Below, one piece after another: positions 10,262-20,623 of a DNA stretch of 64,000 nt. How positions within the stretch are numbered: the first letter of the stretch is position 1; the number at the start of each line of letters is the position of its first letter. Under the pieces are notes generated by a model. That model did no database searches. It was not told the DNA's origin and saw nothing but the letters and a program-made list of their open reading frames with translations. Position numbers and translations under genes: made by a program. The stretch is from an uncultured Nitrososphaerota archaeon (GTDB lineage Archaea > Thermoproteota > Nitrososphaeria > Nitrososphaerales > CADDZS01), in contig CAWCYI010000006.1 of assembly GCA_963799845.1 (NCBI GenBank), forward strand, positions 512,001 through 576,000, written 5' to 3'.

Positions 10262-11044
10262 TTGACTTCGCAACCCGTCGGCGAAAAGACCAGGCGAATC
10301 TTGCAGGATCTTGGTCTCACTGACTATGAGATCAAGGCATACATCAGTCTGCTTTCTAATCCAGGGGTTCAGGCAAGCGAGGTCAGCAAGGGATCGGACG
10401 TTCCAGTGTCCAAAATTTACGAAATCTTGGGAAACCTCGAACGTAAGGGATGGGTCGAGTCCCAGCACAGCCGACCAACCAGGTATTTCCCAAAGTCGCC
10501 TTCGACCGCCCTTCAAGCTCTCCGCCTGAGGATGGAGGCCGAACTGAAGCAAAATGAGGACCACCTTCTCAGCGAACTGATGCCCCTCTATGAGATGAAG
10601 GAGATACAGGAGAGGCCCGACATCTGGATAATTCGCGGCGACTACAACATCATTGCGAAGATAACTGAATCGATCGACCGCTGCAAGAAGGAACTTCTCG
10701 TCGTAATCCCGCCTGCTCTAAATTCTGTGGTCGAACTTGTTATCCCCGCTCTCACCAACGTCAAGGCTGCCGGGGTAAATGTCAGAATCTTGATGAGCGG
10801 AGAGGTTGCCGAACGATCGATGGTGAAGATAGCGTCGCTGGCGGAGCTGCGCATGAAGGAGAATATGTTCGGGGGCGGAGTCATCGTGGATGCAACCGAG
10901 GTGATCTTGTTGTTAGGGCGTAGCTCGGAGAACAGAGAAGCTCTCGCAATCTGGTCTGACCACGCTGGTCTTGCTTCTTTTGCCAAGAACTATTTTGAGT
11001 TCCTCTGGACCGAAGCTCTCCCAAAGGAAAAAGTACGTTCGTAG
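10262..11044 (+). CDS. TrmB family transcriptional regulator
   Basis: LGLTDYEIKAY..VPVSKIYEIL..LERKGWV..RP wHTH plus effector domain. Confidence 0.92.
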   Translation: MTSQPVGEKTRRILQDLGLTDYEIKAYISLLSNPGVQASEVSKGSDVPVSKIYEILGNLERKGWVESQHSRPTRYFPKSPSTALQALRLRMEAELKQNEDHLLSELMPLYEMKEIQERPDIWIIRGDYNIIAKITESIDRCKKELLVVIPPALNSVVELVIPALTNVKAAGVNVRILMSGEVAERSMVKIASLAELRMKENMFGGGVIVDATEVILLLGRSSENREALAIWSDHAGLASFAKNYFEFLWTEALPKEKVRS

Positions 11045-11140
11045 AGACTCTGAAGTGCACTCACTATTCGTTTTGAAAGGTCGATTATTTTTTATATGAT
11101 TTGCAAACTGGAAGTTGTTTGGAACAAGACAGGGTAGAAT

Positions 11141-11587
11141 ATGATCGAGGAAACGTCGGCGGGAGCGGTTGTTTTTCGAGAAGATCCCGTTCGGTCCGCC
11201 CGTCTGTTTCTCGTGCTCCATTATCCTGCCGGACACTGGGACTTCCCAAAGGGAGCCGTCGAGAAGGGAGAAACTGAAGAGCAGGCGGCAAAGAGAGAGA
11301 TATTCGAAGAAACCGGAATACGAGTTGATTCATTTATTTCGAATTTTCGAAAGCAGATCGAGTACTACTACAGGAGGCAGGATAACCTCGCCCACAAACG
11401 CGTGATATTTTTCCTCGCCAAGACTAACGAGAGCAAGGTGCGTATCTCATTCGAGCATTCCGGCTATGATTGGCTCACGTTCGAGCAACTACTGCGCAGA
11501 TTGACGTTCGAAAATGCGAAGAACGTTTTACGGGAAGCTAATTCATTCCTCACGAAGGAAGCATCATCGTCTCAAAAATCTGCCTAG
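11141..11587 (+). CDS. NUDIX hydrolase, Ap4A hydrolase-like
   Basis: SAGAVVF, GHWDFPKG, Nudix box GETEEQAAKREIFEETG, SFEH. Confidence 0.92.
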   Translation: MIEETSAGAVVFREDPVRSARLFLVLHYPAGHWDFPKGAVEKGETEEQAAKREIFEETGIRVDSFISNFRKQIEYYYRRQDNLAHKRVIFFLAKTNESKVRISFEHSGYDWLTFEQLLRRLTFENAKNVLREANSFLTKEASSSQKSA

Positions 11588-12341
11588 CCGCCGCTCGCGG
11601 ATCGGGTTCTGAGATGATAGATCTCCCGAATATCAAATAATCGGCTCCTGCCTCTATCGCGGCCCTCGCATCTCCGCCCTGCGCGCCTGAGCCCGGGGAA
11701 ATTATCTTGATGTCTTTCTTCAACCTAGAACGCGCGATCCTGATCTTTTCTGTCCGCGTCGTTCCCAATACGACTCCATCTGATCCCCAGGTATTTGCTC
11801 TTTCGAGCATAAGATCAAAGATAGAACTGCCGTTTTTCAGCTCAAGACCATAGCCCTCATCAGCGCCCGGGTGACTCATGTACGCGAGGCTGATCACACC
11901 TTTTCCGAGTTTGTGGGAGGTTTCGTAGACTTCATCGAGAGCTCCCTTGAAGCCGACAAACGGATTCACGATCACCGCGTCAAACCCGGAGTCCCAGAGA
12001 TAATCCGTTGCAACCACATCGGTGCTGTCGATGTCGTTCAGCTTGATGTCAGCTATGGAGACCAATCCGTCGGAGTGAACGCTATCGTTCAGCGCCGAAA
12101 TCTCATGAAGCGAAAGCGGAATGATCAAATGGAAATTGATCTTTACGCAGCAGACAAAATCAGAAACAAATTCGACTAATTTCAGGGAATCGCTCAGGAG
12201 ATTCCCCGTTTTCTTTCTGTGGGGGATATCTAGCGCCAGAATAATTTTTGATTTTGTTTTCTTCGAACATTCATCAAGAAGTTTGTTAAAAGGCTCTGTC
12301 GCTGGTGAACCAGATTTTCTGTCATCCGACACCCGGTTCAA
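11550..12341 (-). CDS. pyrF: orotidine-5'-phosphate decarboxylase
   Basis: ILALD, DIKLNDI catalytic motif, SPGSGAQGG, FGRSI. Confidence 0.95.
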   Translation of the reverse strand: MNRVSDDRKSGSPATEPFNKLLDECSKKTKSKIILALDIPHRKKTGNLLSDSLKLVEFVSDFVCCVKINFHLIIPLSLHEISALNDSVHSDGLVSIADIKLNDIDSTDVVATDYLWDSGFDAVIVNPFVGFKGALDEVYETSHKLGKGVISLAYMSHPGADEGYGLELKNGSSIFDLMLERANTWGSDGVVLGTTRTEKIRIARSRLKKDIKIISPGSGAQGGDARAAIEAGADYLIFGRSIISEPDPRAAARQIFETMMLPS

Positions 12342-13051
12342 TCAGATTCGACTAGGGGGTGCCTCTCTTTAAGCCTAATAATCTTTACATAGAAACTGCC
12401 ATGTTCATCTGTTCTGTTTGTAAAGAAGGCTTGAGCTTTTGACGTGGAGTACCCTACAAAGTTTTGCTCGGGCTTCGAATCCTGCTCATAAAAAAAGAAA
12501 ATTGACGCCTCTTCAAATTCTTCAATCCTCGTAAATGCCCCCACAATCCATTTTCCCTTTCCTGAGGGAAAGGCAAATATCGGCAGAGGGGGTTCCTCGA
12601 ACATTATTTTGTAAGTTGCCACTTTCACCAGACTCATCAGGTCTTTGACCTGCAGGGAAAGAAATTTCGGACTTTTTCGTTTTCTAGTTTTCAAATCGTC
12701 CTCGAAGATCTTTGGGAAACGTAAGACCTCGATTATCGGAGCGTAAACCACGGAGGGGTTAACCGGCACGTCAACCAGGCTAATCTCCTCCCCGGCGGAA
12801 GTTGTTCGATAACCTAGGAAATGTTTTGAATCCACCGCCTTTGCGTAGTAGAAGACCGGTGATCCAACGAAAAAGTCGAGCTGGGTCGAGATCCGAAAAT
12901 TATCCCCGTCACGGCTGATGAACGTCGGAAGTGGAGCACGCTCCAGTGCGCAGGCAAGCCGAGCGAGGTCGTTAAGAGATTCCAATTCGATGAATGTCGC
13001 GGGTCTCAGACTTTTTTCGAGACCTTCGGTTCTGGATTGGGCTCTAGGCAA
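12338..13051 (-). CDS. conserved archaeal hypothetical protein with internal duplication
   Basis: 237-aa ORF overlapping the pyrF start; two similar halves. Confidence 0.75.
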   Translation of the reverse strand: MPRAQSRTEGLEKSLRPATFIELESLNDLARLACALERAPLPTFISRDGDNFRISTQLDFFVGSPVFYYAKAVDSKHFLGYRTTSAGEEISLVDVPVNPSVVYAPIIEVLRFPKIFEDDLKTRKRKSPKFLSLQVKDLMSLVKVATYKIMFEEPPLPIFAFPSGKGKWIVGAFTRIEEFEEASIFFFYEQDSKPEQNFVGYSTSKAQAFFTNRTDEHGSFYVKIIRLKERHPLVESD

Positions 13052-13125
13052 ACAAAAATTTCGCGTCTAATTAATTAGATAAGGTTTGCATATCCAAATC
13101 TCCGGATTTCATTTCGAGATCTTTT

Positions 13126-13587
13126 GTGAGCGTCGGAATTCGAATGAGTACCAAACAAGAAAGAGGAATTTCCTTGGTTTATGAAAGGATCAAGAGATCG
13201 CAAAATCGGGTGATTTCGCTAAATAATGAAAATCGACTCAGAGATTTGAACGAAATCTGGGAAGCTTACTACGATGTCGAGGAGGCCATTCTTATCTCAA
13301 AAATCATCTTCGGAGGGTTTGATAAGCCGGGCAAGTTGAGAAAATTAAACGTCCCGCCAAATTTCGACTTTTCCAAATTGACTGACCGTGAAATTAGGGC
13401 AAGGTTTGAATTCACTGGAAAAAACCTTTCCTCCGCGGAAAGCAAGCTCGGAATTAGATCGGGAGACGAGACGATCGAATACTTGCGCAAAGCTCGTGAT
13501 GAACTCAAAGTTATGCTTTTGAGTCCAGAGAAGCTTTCTAGGAAAGTACCCAGAACAGGAAGCGCCAGGCGGCGAGCCCGGACCTAG
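13126..13587 (+). CDS. hypothetical protein
   Basis: 153-aa ORF divergent from the upstream gene. Confidence 0.65.
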   Translation: MSVGIRMSTKQERGISLVYERIKRSQNRVISLNNENRLRDLNEIWEAYYDVEEAILISKIIFGGFDKPGKLRKLNVPPNFDFSKLTDREIRARFEFTGKNLSSAESKLGIRSGDETIEYLRKARDELKVMLLSPEKLSRKVPRTGSARRRART

Positions 13588-13598
13588 ATTCGCATGAA

Positions 13599-13910
13599 CT
13601 ACTCTTTCTTTTCAGGAGAAGTTTCTTTCTCCTTCTCTTCTTCATCTTCTTTTTCGAGTTTCTTCTTCACGAAAGTTAGCGAACCGCCCTCGCTGAGCAA
13701 TCGAAATTGCTTTTTCAAATCTTTGGCGTGGAGGAACCGCTTAAGATAAGTCCTGACCTCTGGCGATGTTACGTGTGACCTAGGCGACTTGTCATCAAAC
13801 GTAATGACGTCTCCATCCTTGTCGCTCTTTACCGGAAGTTTACTCTCTATGAATGTGACAACATCATCCTTCAAATCCGAATCCAGTGACGAAACGTCTA
13901 TGCTTACCAT
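13599..13910 (-). CDS. ribosomal protein eL22 (L22e)-like
   Basis: IDVS..FIESKL..VRTYLKRFLHAKDLKKQFRLLS resembles the eL22 core; charged tail. Confidence 0.6.
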   Translation of the reverse strand: MVSIDVSSLDSDLKDDVVTFIESKLPVKSDKDGDVITFDDKSPRSHVTSPEVRTYLKRFLHAKDLKKQFRLLSEGGSLTFVKKKLEKEDEEEKEKETSPEKKE

Positions 13911-14941
13911 TTCCTGCTTTCCTTTCTCCTTTCTATTATATCCTCAGCTTCCGGGCCGGTCCCGATATAAACTACAGGTGTCCCCAATTCTGCTTCAATC
14001 TTATCAATAAACGCTTTCGCATCGGGCGGGAGGCGGTCATACTCTCTCTCGTGGCTTGATTCGGGGAACAGCGCGTCCAATTTTGTTAGACCGATCTGGG
14101 TTGCTGAATTGAGGACGACGGATTCTTTGGCGAGCTTGAAGTTGAATGGAGCGGCCCTGCGAAGTCTACCCGTAACGCTGCCGTATTCCTGCCACCCCCT
14201 CTTCACTGTCTCCTCCAGAGTCAATTCACCTTCTAAAGCGCCCGAACCGACCCTAGTAAGAAACGACTTGAACACGACTAACACATCGTCGACCCGCTTT
14301 GGCCCTATTCCTACGTCGGAGCAGATCCCGGAAGCGCTGACATCCTTGCTCGTTACATAGGGATAATCGCCATGGTAAAGCGAGAGCAAAGCGCCCTGAG
14401 TTCCCTCGACCAAAACCAGCTCCTTTCTGTCTAGGGCCGAGTTCACTTCGACCGAAACGTTCTCGACGTAATCATGGAGAATCGGATCATCCAACGCTAT
14501 CTTGCCAGCCCTCAGGACTCTGTCAGCATTCGCCGGCCCGGTGCCCGTCCCAGTAGTCCCGATGACTTCTTTCAAACGACCCTCCTTGTCCATCTCCAAG
14601 TGCTTTTTTTCAATTATAGCGCAGTTCCTGTCCACTTTGGTTCGTGAGTAAGAATTTGTTTCTGCAACTTCTTTCAGGAAAACCTCGGGATCTATGAGAA
14701 CCCCCGCGCCCAGTAAGAGAGTTGTCTTCTCATTCACGACCGCGCACGGGAGCATGCGCAGTTTCATTATTTTTCCGTGATAGAGCACGGTGTGCCCTGC
14801 ATTGGGGCCGACCCCTCCTCTAACGGCAATGGTCGGATTTTGTCTCAGGGCAAGGTACGAGATGATCTTTCCCTTCCCTTCATCCCCATAAGCTCCACCA
14901 ACAACAACGCAACAACCCATTTGAAAACACTTTGACAGCAT
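13904..14941 (-). CDS. purA: adenylosuccinate synthetase (short archaeal type)
   Basis: GDEGKGK, GPNAGHT, GTTGTGTGP, EGTQG, YPYVTS, TKLD. Confidence 0.97.
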   Translation of the reverse strand: MLSKCFQMGCCVVVGGAYGDEGKGKIISYLALRQNPTIAVRGGVGPNAGHTVLYHGKIMKLRMLPCAVVNEKTTLLLGAGVLIDPEVFLKEVAETNSYSRTKVDRNCAIIEKKHLEMDKEGRLKEVIGTTGTGTGPANADRVLRAGKIALDDPILHDYVENVSVEVNSALDRKELVLVEGTQGALLSLYHGDYPYVTSKDVSASGICSDVGIGPKRVDDVLVVFKSFLTRVGSGALEGELTLEETVKRGWQEYGSVTGRLRRAAPFNFKLAKESVVLNSATQIGLTKLDALFPESSHEREYDRLPPDAKAFIDKIEAELGTPVVYIGTGPEAEDIIERRKESRKW

Positions 14942-14979
14942 ATTCTCTGAGAAAATGTATTTGTTAGACTATCGTCAGG

Positions 14980-15759
14980 TTAGCGACCAAAACGCCTGGA
15001 TCTCCGCTGGTAGGTGCGAACGGCTCTCATCAAATCGATTTTTCGAAAATCCGGCCAGTACTCATCCATGAAGACAAGTTCAGAATAAGCACTCTGCCAC
15101 AAAAGGAATCCCGAGAGCCTTTCCTCGCCGGAAGTCCTGATAACGAGATCAGGATCAGGATTGGGCAGATACGAGGTATAAAGAGAGTGCTCAATCGTTT
15201 TCTGATCAATCTCGTCCGGAGAGAGCTTACCCTCTTTGACCAATTTTGCAATAGATCTTACCGAATCAACTATCTCTGCTCGTCCTCCGTAGGCTATCGC
15301 GATATTCAAGAAATGATCTGAATAGCCCGCAGTTTGTTCTTCTATTTTTACTAGTATTTCCCTCATTCTTGGAGTAACGAGTTCAAGCCTTCCAATCGCT
15401 TTGACCCTCACTTTGAAACGAGTTATCCGCTCGTCGCTGAGTAGACGGTTCAGACGTTCCGTAAAAAGCTCAAAGAGTTCCTTCAGCTCGTCAGGAGACC
15501 GGTTGAGGTTCTCCGTCGACAAAAGGTAAAGCGTAATTGTCTTGATTCCTATCTCGTGACACCATTCCAAAAGATCCTCCGCGGTGTTTGCTCCCTCGAT
15601 GTGCCCGATTACCCGTTCAATCGACTTCTTGCTGGCCCACCTTCTATTGCCGTCCAAGATAATCGCTATGTGTCTGGGGACTTCCTCCCTCCTGATACTT
15701 CTCGAAAGAATTGATCCGTATATCTGGTAAACGCCGAGATAATTCAGGATCGAAGCCAT
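14980..15759 (-). CDS. uppS: cis-polyprenyl diphosphate synthase
   Basis: HIAIILDGNRRWA, STEN, YGGRAEI, IRTSGEERLSGFLLWQ. Confidence 0.96.
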   Translation of the reverse strand: MASILNYLGVYQIYGSILSRSIRREEVPRHIAIILDGNRRWASKKSIERVIGHIEGANTAEDLLEWCHEIGIKTITLYLLSTENLNRSPDELKELFELFTERLNRLLSDERITRFKVRVKAIGRLELVTPRMREILVKIEEQTAGYSDHFLNIAIAYGGRAEIVDSVRSIAKLVKEGKLSPDEIDQKTIEHSLYTSYLPNPDPDLVIRTSGEERLSGFLLWQSAYSELVFMDEYWPDFRKIDLMRAVRTYQRRSRRFGR

Positions 15760-15956
15760 TTGCGCAACTCACTATCCAATTTGCCAGGGGCTAGTCCAGG
15801 TTTTTCTCACTGACACTGATGTCTATCTACTTTCACGATGGAAAGTTTCAATAGTTTTCAACGGCAAGCCAATGTTAGGGAACTAGGATTCTTCCTAGAA
15901 AGTCACTAAGTAAATAGGGCGTTATAACTTTTGACCCTAAACTAGTCCAACAGCGA

Positions 15957-17186
15957 TCAAACTTCGATAGCTTGGGTTTCCCTTCTTCTTCTGCTGAAAA
16001 ATCGGTACAGATATGCAGCGATAGTGAAATTCACTGCCAATGCAAACATGATTATTGCCACGAAGAAATCGCTGTTGTTTTGCGGGGAAATAAGGACGTT
16101 TGCAAAGATAGCCACTGGAAAATACAGCAATCCTAACACGAAAAGTTCGACCAGATACCTCGCAATTCTCCTGGAACCGGGACGGATTAAATTGAAGAAA
16201 ATCGTCGTCGTGATATAAATTGCAAATCCCATCCAGACGAAGAGCTGTGAAGTTCGAATGAAATACCCTGCCATCTGGGGCGCATCGTTCAGGAATAACG
16301 AAGGCGTTTTCGAAACCTCTTTCGCCAGCATACACGGGGTGGAAGAACAAGTAGCTGCCGCTCCTATCGGAAAGAACGCTGCCACTCCTGTCGCAATTCC
16401 GACGAGCACGATAAGGACGCTCGCGATTACCGAGAACAGCCGCAGGTATCCGGTCGCAGAAAGTTTCCCTATCGACTCAATTCTCCTGTCAATGTCAAAA
16501 CCTCTAATTATGAATACGACGCCGATGAAAACGACAAGTATCAAGGGAGTATCTGCATTGGGAAAAAAATACGAAGTCAAGACCAACGCAACGAAAATTA
16601 TTCCCGGCACGCCCAGGGCGTACTTTGCGTATCTCGAATCAAAAACGAGCATCCGGAGGTATCTTCCGAGAACCTGATACGATTCCTCCACGGAGCGGCT
16701 GTGCTTGACAATTACCTTTCTAATCGAAACTATTGGCACTAGACTCTGTATGACAGGGGCGAGCTCTTCACCTTCAGCCCCATCCGAAACCAATACAGCC
16801 GAATCTGCGGGATATCCTTTGAGGACATCGGCAACCTGATTTCTAATTTTCTTGTCTCCCAACACCCCGCGCTCAAACAAGCCACTGACGATCACTACCT
16901 CGCAAAACTCGCCCTTTGAAAGAAGATTATCGTATTCCTTTATCGCGGCAAATATCGCATTTGCATCAGCTTCCTCAGGATCTGAAATAGAGAGTTTGGT
17001 CGCCGCTGAAACACACGCATCCCTACCGATTATAGGAGTCTTCATCCCTGTTTTGACGCCAATGTCGTCGTCCCGATCAATGCAGATAATTAGAGTCCGT
17101 GAAGGTTTCGTACTTCCGGATTCGGCACTGCTGGACAAAGTAGAACGACTGAAACTCGATGCACGTATTGGTGTGTCTTGTTTCAT
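15957..17186 (-). CDS. DUF373 family membrane protein
   Basis: IDRDDDIGVKTG, DPEEADAN, VSDGAE, then several TM helices. Confidence 0.9.
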   Translation of the reverse strand: MKQDTPIRASSFSRSTLSSSAESGSTKPSRTLIICIDRDDDIGVKTGMKTPIIGRDACVSAATKLSISDPEEADANAIFAAIKEYDNLLSKGEFCEVVIVSGLFERGVLGDKKIRNQVADVLKGYPADSAVLVSDGAEGEELAPVIQSLVPIVSIRKVIVKHSRSVEESYQVLGRYLRMLVFDSRYAKYALGVPGIIFVALVLTSYFFPNADTPLILVVFIGVVFIIRGFDIDRRIESIGKLSATGYLRLFSVIASVLIVLVGIATGVAAFFPIGAAATCSSTPCMLAKEVSKTPSLFLNDAPQMAGYFIRTSQLFVWMGFAIYITTTIFFNLIRPGSRRIARYLVELFVLGLLYFPVAIFANVLISPQNNSDFFVAIIMFALAVNFTIAAYLYRFFSRRRRETQAIEV

Positions 17187-17205
17187 GGGCTCAAAACGGC
17201 TTGCA

Positions 17206-18084
17206 TCACTTTAGGATCTCGTTGTCGTCTCCAAAGACTAGCTTCAGCTCGTCAAGACTGAGCTTTTCGCCTTGTTCGTATTTTTTCCTCGCATCCTCTC
17301 TAGCTCGATCGATTATCCCCCTTGTTTTCGCCTTGTTCGTCTCGTAATCCCTGGATCGCCTTCCGTCGAGCTGGCTACGTCTCTGGTTCCTGAAACCGTC
17401 CAGATCGCCGGTGGCCTTGGTAATGTTAGTGTCCAGTTCCATCAGAGTATTATTAATTCCCTCGATTTCTTGAAACAGCTGATGCCTTTGGTTGAGCATC
17501 GTGGCAACGCGCTCATGTTTTGCCTTGACTTCGGTATCGTTCTCCGCTCTAAACCGATTCATCTCATCCAATTTCGATTTTAGCGCCTTTATTTGGTCCA
17601 GGAGAACACCGCGCTCCTGCTTCGTGGAATACGCTTTCTTCCAAACCTTCAACTTCTTTTCAAGGTCTTTAATTACGCTGACAAGCTGTTTTTCCTCGTC
17701 CCGCGATAATCGTTCAGTTTGAAGCTTCCATTCTGCCTTTTTCCGTCTCTCGTCCAGAGCTTCGCCTCCCTTTGGTATGCTCTTTTCGAACCCTTTGAGG
17801 ACTTTGTCGACTTCGTCAGACTTTGCCTTGATTTCACGGATTTTTGTGAGAAGCTCTCTTCTGTTTGCCTTGAACGTCCCCATTTTCTCATAATATTCGT
17901 CGAGAGACTTTCTATCCGCATTAATCTTCTCGGTAAGCTCCCTGATCTCTTTTCTTATCTCACGCCTTCTCTGATCAAGACGTCGATACTCATTGATCAT
18001 ATCGAGTCTTTGAGCAGCAAGAGCGTCGATCTTTTGGCTGAGAGCCTCTAGGTCAACCTCTCCTTGAGGTTGCATTATTCCCAA
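17206..18084 (-). CDS. archaeal coiled-coil protein (COG1340-like)
   Basis: long coiled coil, EWKLQTERL, GEKLSLDEL C-terminus. Confidence 0.8.
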   Translation of the reverse strand: MGIMQPQGEVDLEALSQKIDALAAQRLDMINEYRRLDQRRREIRKEIRELTEKINADRKSLDEYYEKMGTFKANRRELLTKIREIKAKSDEVDKVLKGFEKSIPKGGEALDERRKKAEWKLQTERLSRDEEKQLVSVIKDLEKKLKVWKKAYSTKQERGVLLDQIKALKSKLDEMNRFRAENDTEVKAKHERVATMLNQRHQLFQEIEGINNTLMELDTNITKATGDLDGFRNQRRSQLDGRRSRDYETNKAKTRGIIDRAREDARKKYEQGEKLSLDELKLVFGDDNEILK

Positions 18085-18147
18085 AATTCACCCTGTTCGC
18101 TTAATATCTATTTTTACGCGCTTTGTAATAGCAAATCTAGTTATCCT

Positions 18148-18813
18148 TTATGGTATGTTAAATGTATGGTATTTGCCGCGAAGCTCTCTCATGAGAGAGG
18201 TTGCCGTCACTGTGGAAAGCCAGTCTATATTTCCGAACGACGGTTTTGACCTTCCTTTAATGATATCGAGAACTCTTCGAGCGATTGTCTCAGATTTTAC
18301 CCGCGAGGTATCGAATTCCGCTATTTTCTCGTACTTGTATTCTTTGAGACACACTGAGGCAATCAACCCGATCAATTCTGCTTCCAAGTTTTCGCGAATT
18401 TTGGCCTCTGAGTACCCCCGCGCGTCGTATCTTTTTCTGAGTACTGTCGGAGAGCAGCGTAGAACTATTACGAGGTCAAGATCTCTGTCCGGAATGACAT
18501 AAGGTAAGAGGTGTCCAGATATTATCCGATTTCCAGTCTTGATTTTTCCTCCCAGTCTTCGCACATCTACAACAAAGTCATCATCTGACTTCTTTCCGTA
18601 CCCTTCTCTAACTGCAAAATCGTTGATTGACACGAATTCTTCCTTCAAAATTTTCGACAAATGTTTTCCAAGAGTTCTCTTTCCGGTACCGGGAGATCCG
18701 GTTATTCCTATCCTTTTTGGTTCGGAAACTCGATTAATTTCAGAGTCTGGACACAACGATTTAATCGGTTTGATTTCTTGTATCCGTTGCAATTTTCTGG
18801 ATTTCATGTCCAA
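18148..18813 (-). CDS. adenylate kinase AK6/Fap7 family
   Basis: ITGSPGTGK, ISGH, VLRCSP..LRKR..RGYSEAKIRENLEAE. Confidence 0.9.
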   Translation of the reverse strand: MDMKSRKLQRIQEIKPIKSLCPDSEINRVSEPKRIGITGSPGTGKRTLGKHLSKILKEEFVSINDFAVREGYGKKSDDDFVVDVRRLGGKIKTGNRIISGHLLPYVIPDRDLDLVIVLRCSPTVLRKRYDARGYSEAKIRENLEAELIGLIASVCLKEYKYEKIAEFDTSRVKSETIARRVLDIIKGRSKPSFGNIDWLSTVTATSLMRELRGKYHTFNIP

Positions 18814-19216
18814 CCTTCAACCCTCTTTGCTAAGTTCTCAATTCGGATAATTCTGTGTAATAGTATACTCGCCTCAACTTTCGTATTAATGATTGAGGGC
18901 AACCTTGGAAAGACTGTTTTTGTCATTTAGACGAATAAGCTTTCAATAAACAGAACTTCTTTCACTCACTTTCAATACCACGATGATGATGAAAATGATA
19001 CGACCATCCATATAGACCTGCGCCCCACGGTATTATCGAAACGTTCATACCATCGAAACCCATCGCTATGTTTTATCCAAATGAAAAAGAAATATCATGC
19101 AAACCTAGATTATTTCGTCCTCTACCTTTTTGATTTCTCCAGCAGATTTTTTTTAGAATGAATTAGATCCAATTATCCTATAAAACAAAATTTATTGGGC
19201 GGAAAGTTGGAACATA

Positions 19217-20410
19217 TTGAACAAAGAAACTGACATCGCGATCATCGGAGGGGGCTCCACTGGTTCGAGCATACTCTATCATCTCGCAAAACGTGGATTG
19301 ACCGACGCGACACTTTTGGAACGCGGCGAGCAGATTGCGGCTGGGCAGACCTCCAGATCAACGGCGCTTTTACGGTCACATTACAGCATCCCGACGGTTG
19401 CAAAGATGGCCTGGGATAGTTACCAGTTTTTCAAGAATTTCGATGGAGAGGTTGGTACTTCTTGTGGGTTTCGAAAAACAGGGCTTCTGGTTTGTGGTGA
19501 TGCGACAACGGAAAAAGGACTGCTAACGAATTCACAGATGCTTCGAGGAATTGGCATTACCTCTGAACCTGTGGATAAAGGAAAAGCAAAGCAGATCGAG
19601 CCATTCCTAGATGCCGCGATATTTTCGGTCATAGTAAATGAGCCTGAGAGCGGATACGCTGATCCTTCGATAACAGCTAGCGCATTTGCGAATAAAGCAA
19701 AAGATCTTGGTTCTAGCATTCTCACAAATACCAACGTAACGAGCGTCAAGAAGGGTTCGCATTCGAAAGGCTACGAGGTCGAAACGAATAATGGCACAAT
19801 TAGAGCAAAGAAAGTCGTTGTCGCAACCGGCCCCTGGAGCAAAAATTTTTTCGGGAGTATTGGGGTCAAGATTCCCATAAAACCTGTACGACACCCGGTA
19901 GCGATTTTTCAGAGACCTGAAGAATATTCAGGGAATCATCCATTAATCTTTGATTTCCCCCGAGAGGCGTACTACAAACCTGAAGGAAACCATTTTTTCT
20001 ACACAGGCACCCTCGCGAGTGAGCTCGACTTCATGGAAATTGATCCAGACAACTACAATCAGACGGTGAGCTTCGATGAAATTACAAGATTTTCAGAAAA
20101 TGCGGCAACTGCTATTCCTATAATGGGAGCCGGCGGAAGATACCAGCGCGGGTACACGGGAGTGTATGACGTTACGCCGGACCAGCAGCCGATTATCGAT
20201 GAATTTTCAGATGTGGGTTACGAGGATCTTTTCTGCTTAATTGGTTTGAGCGGGCACGGGTTTAAGTTGTCGCCGGCTTTTGGCAGGATCATGAGCGACT
20301 TTCTCATTGGTGAGAAGACATCGAACTACGACCGCTCCATATTCCGAAGGTCCAGGTTTGAAGAGGGCAAGCTCCTATTGAGTCGCTACAGTCTGTCCAC
20401 TGTTGGATAG
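19217..20410 (+). CDS. FAD-dependent oxidoreductase (DAO/sarcosine oxidase beta-like)
   Basis: GGGSTG, ATGPWS, YDVTPDQQPII, GLSGHGFK. Confidence 0.9.
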   Translation: MNKETDIAIIGGGSTGSSILYHLAKRGLTDATLLERGEQIAAGQTSRSTALLRSHYSIPTVAKMAWDSYQFFKNFDGEVGTSCGFRKTGLLVCGDATTEKGLLTNSQMLRGIGITSEPVDKGKAKQIEPFLDAAIFSVIVNEPESGYADPSITASAFANKAKDLGSSILTNTNVTSVKKGSHSKGYEVETNNGTIRAKKVVVATGPWSKNFFGSIGVKIPIKPVRHPVAIFQRPEEYSGNHPLIFDFPREAYYKPEGNHFFYTGTLASELDFMEIDPDNYNQTVSFDEITRFSENAATAIPIMGAGGRYQRGYTGVYDVTPDQQPIIDEFSDVGYEDLFCLIGLSGHGFKLSPAFGRIMSDFLIGEKTSNYDRSIFRRSRFEEGKLLLSRYSLSTVG

Positions 20411-20623
20411 TTCTTCAGCCACTCTTTCAAGAAATGCTCCTCGACAGCGGTCGATTAGAGACTGATAGGAACTCCAATCCGGGCCCGTTGGAGAGAACTT
20501 TCATTGATCTCAACTTTCACTTCATCTTGAAACGCGGTCTCCCATTCCTGATTACCGATACCGATTTCAAAGCCATCTGTTATTTCTACTCCCTTCCATA
20601 GGATCTTACCGCAGCTGATATTT

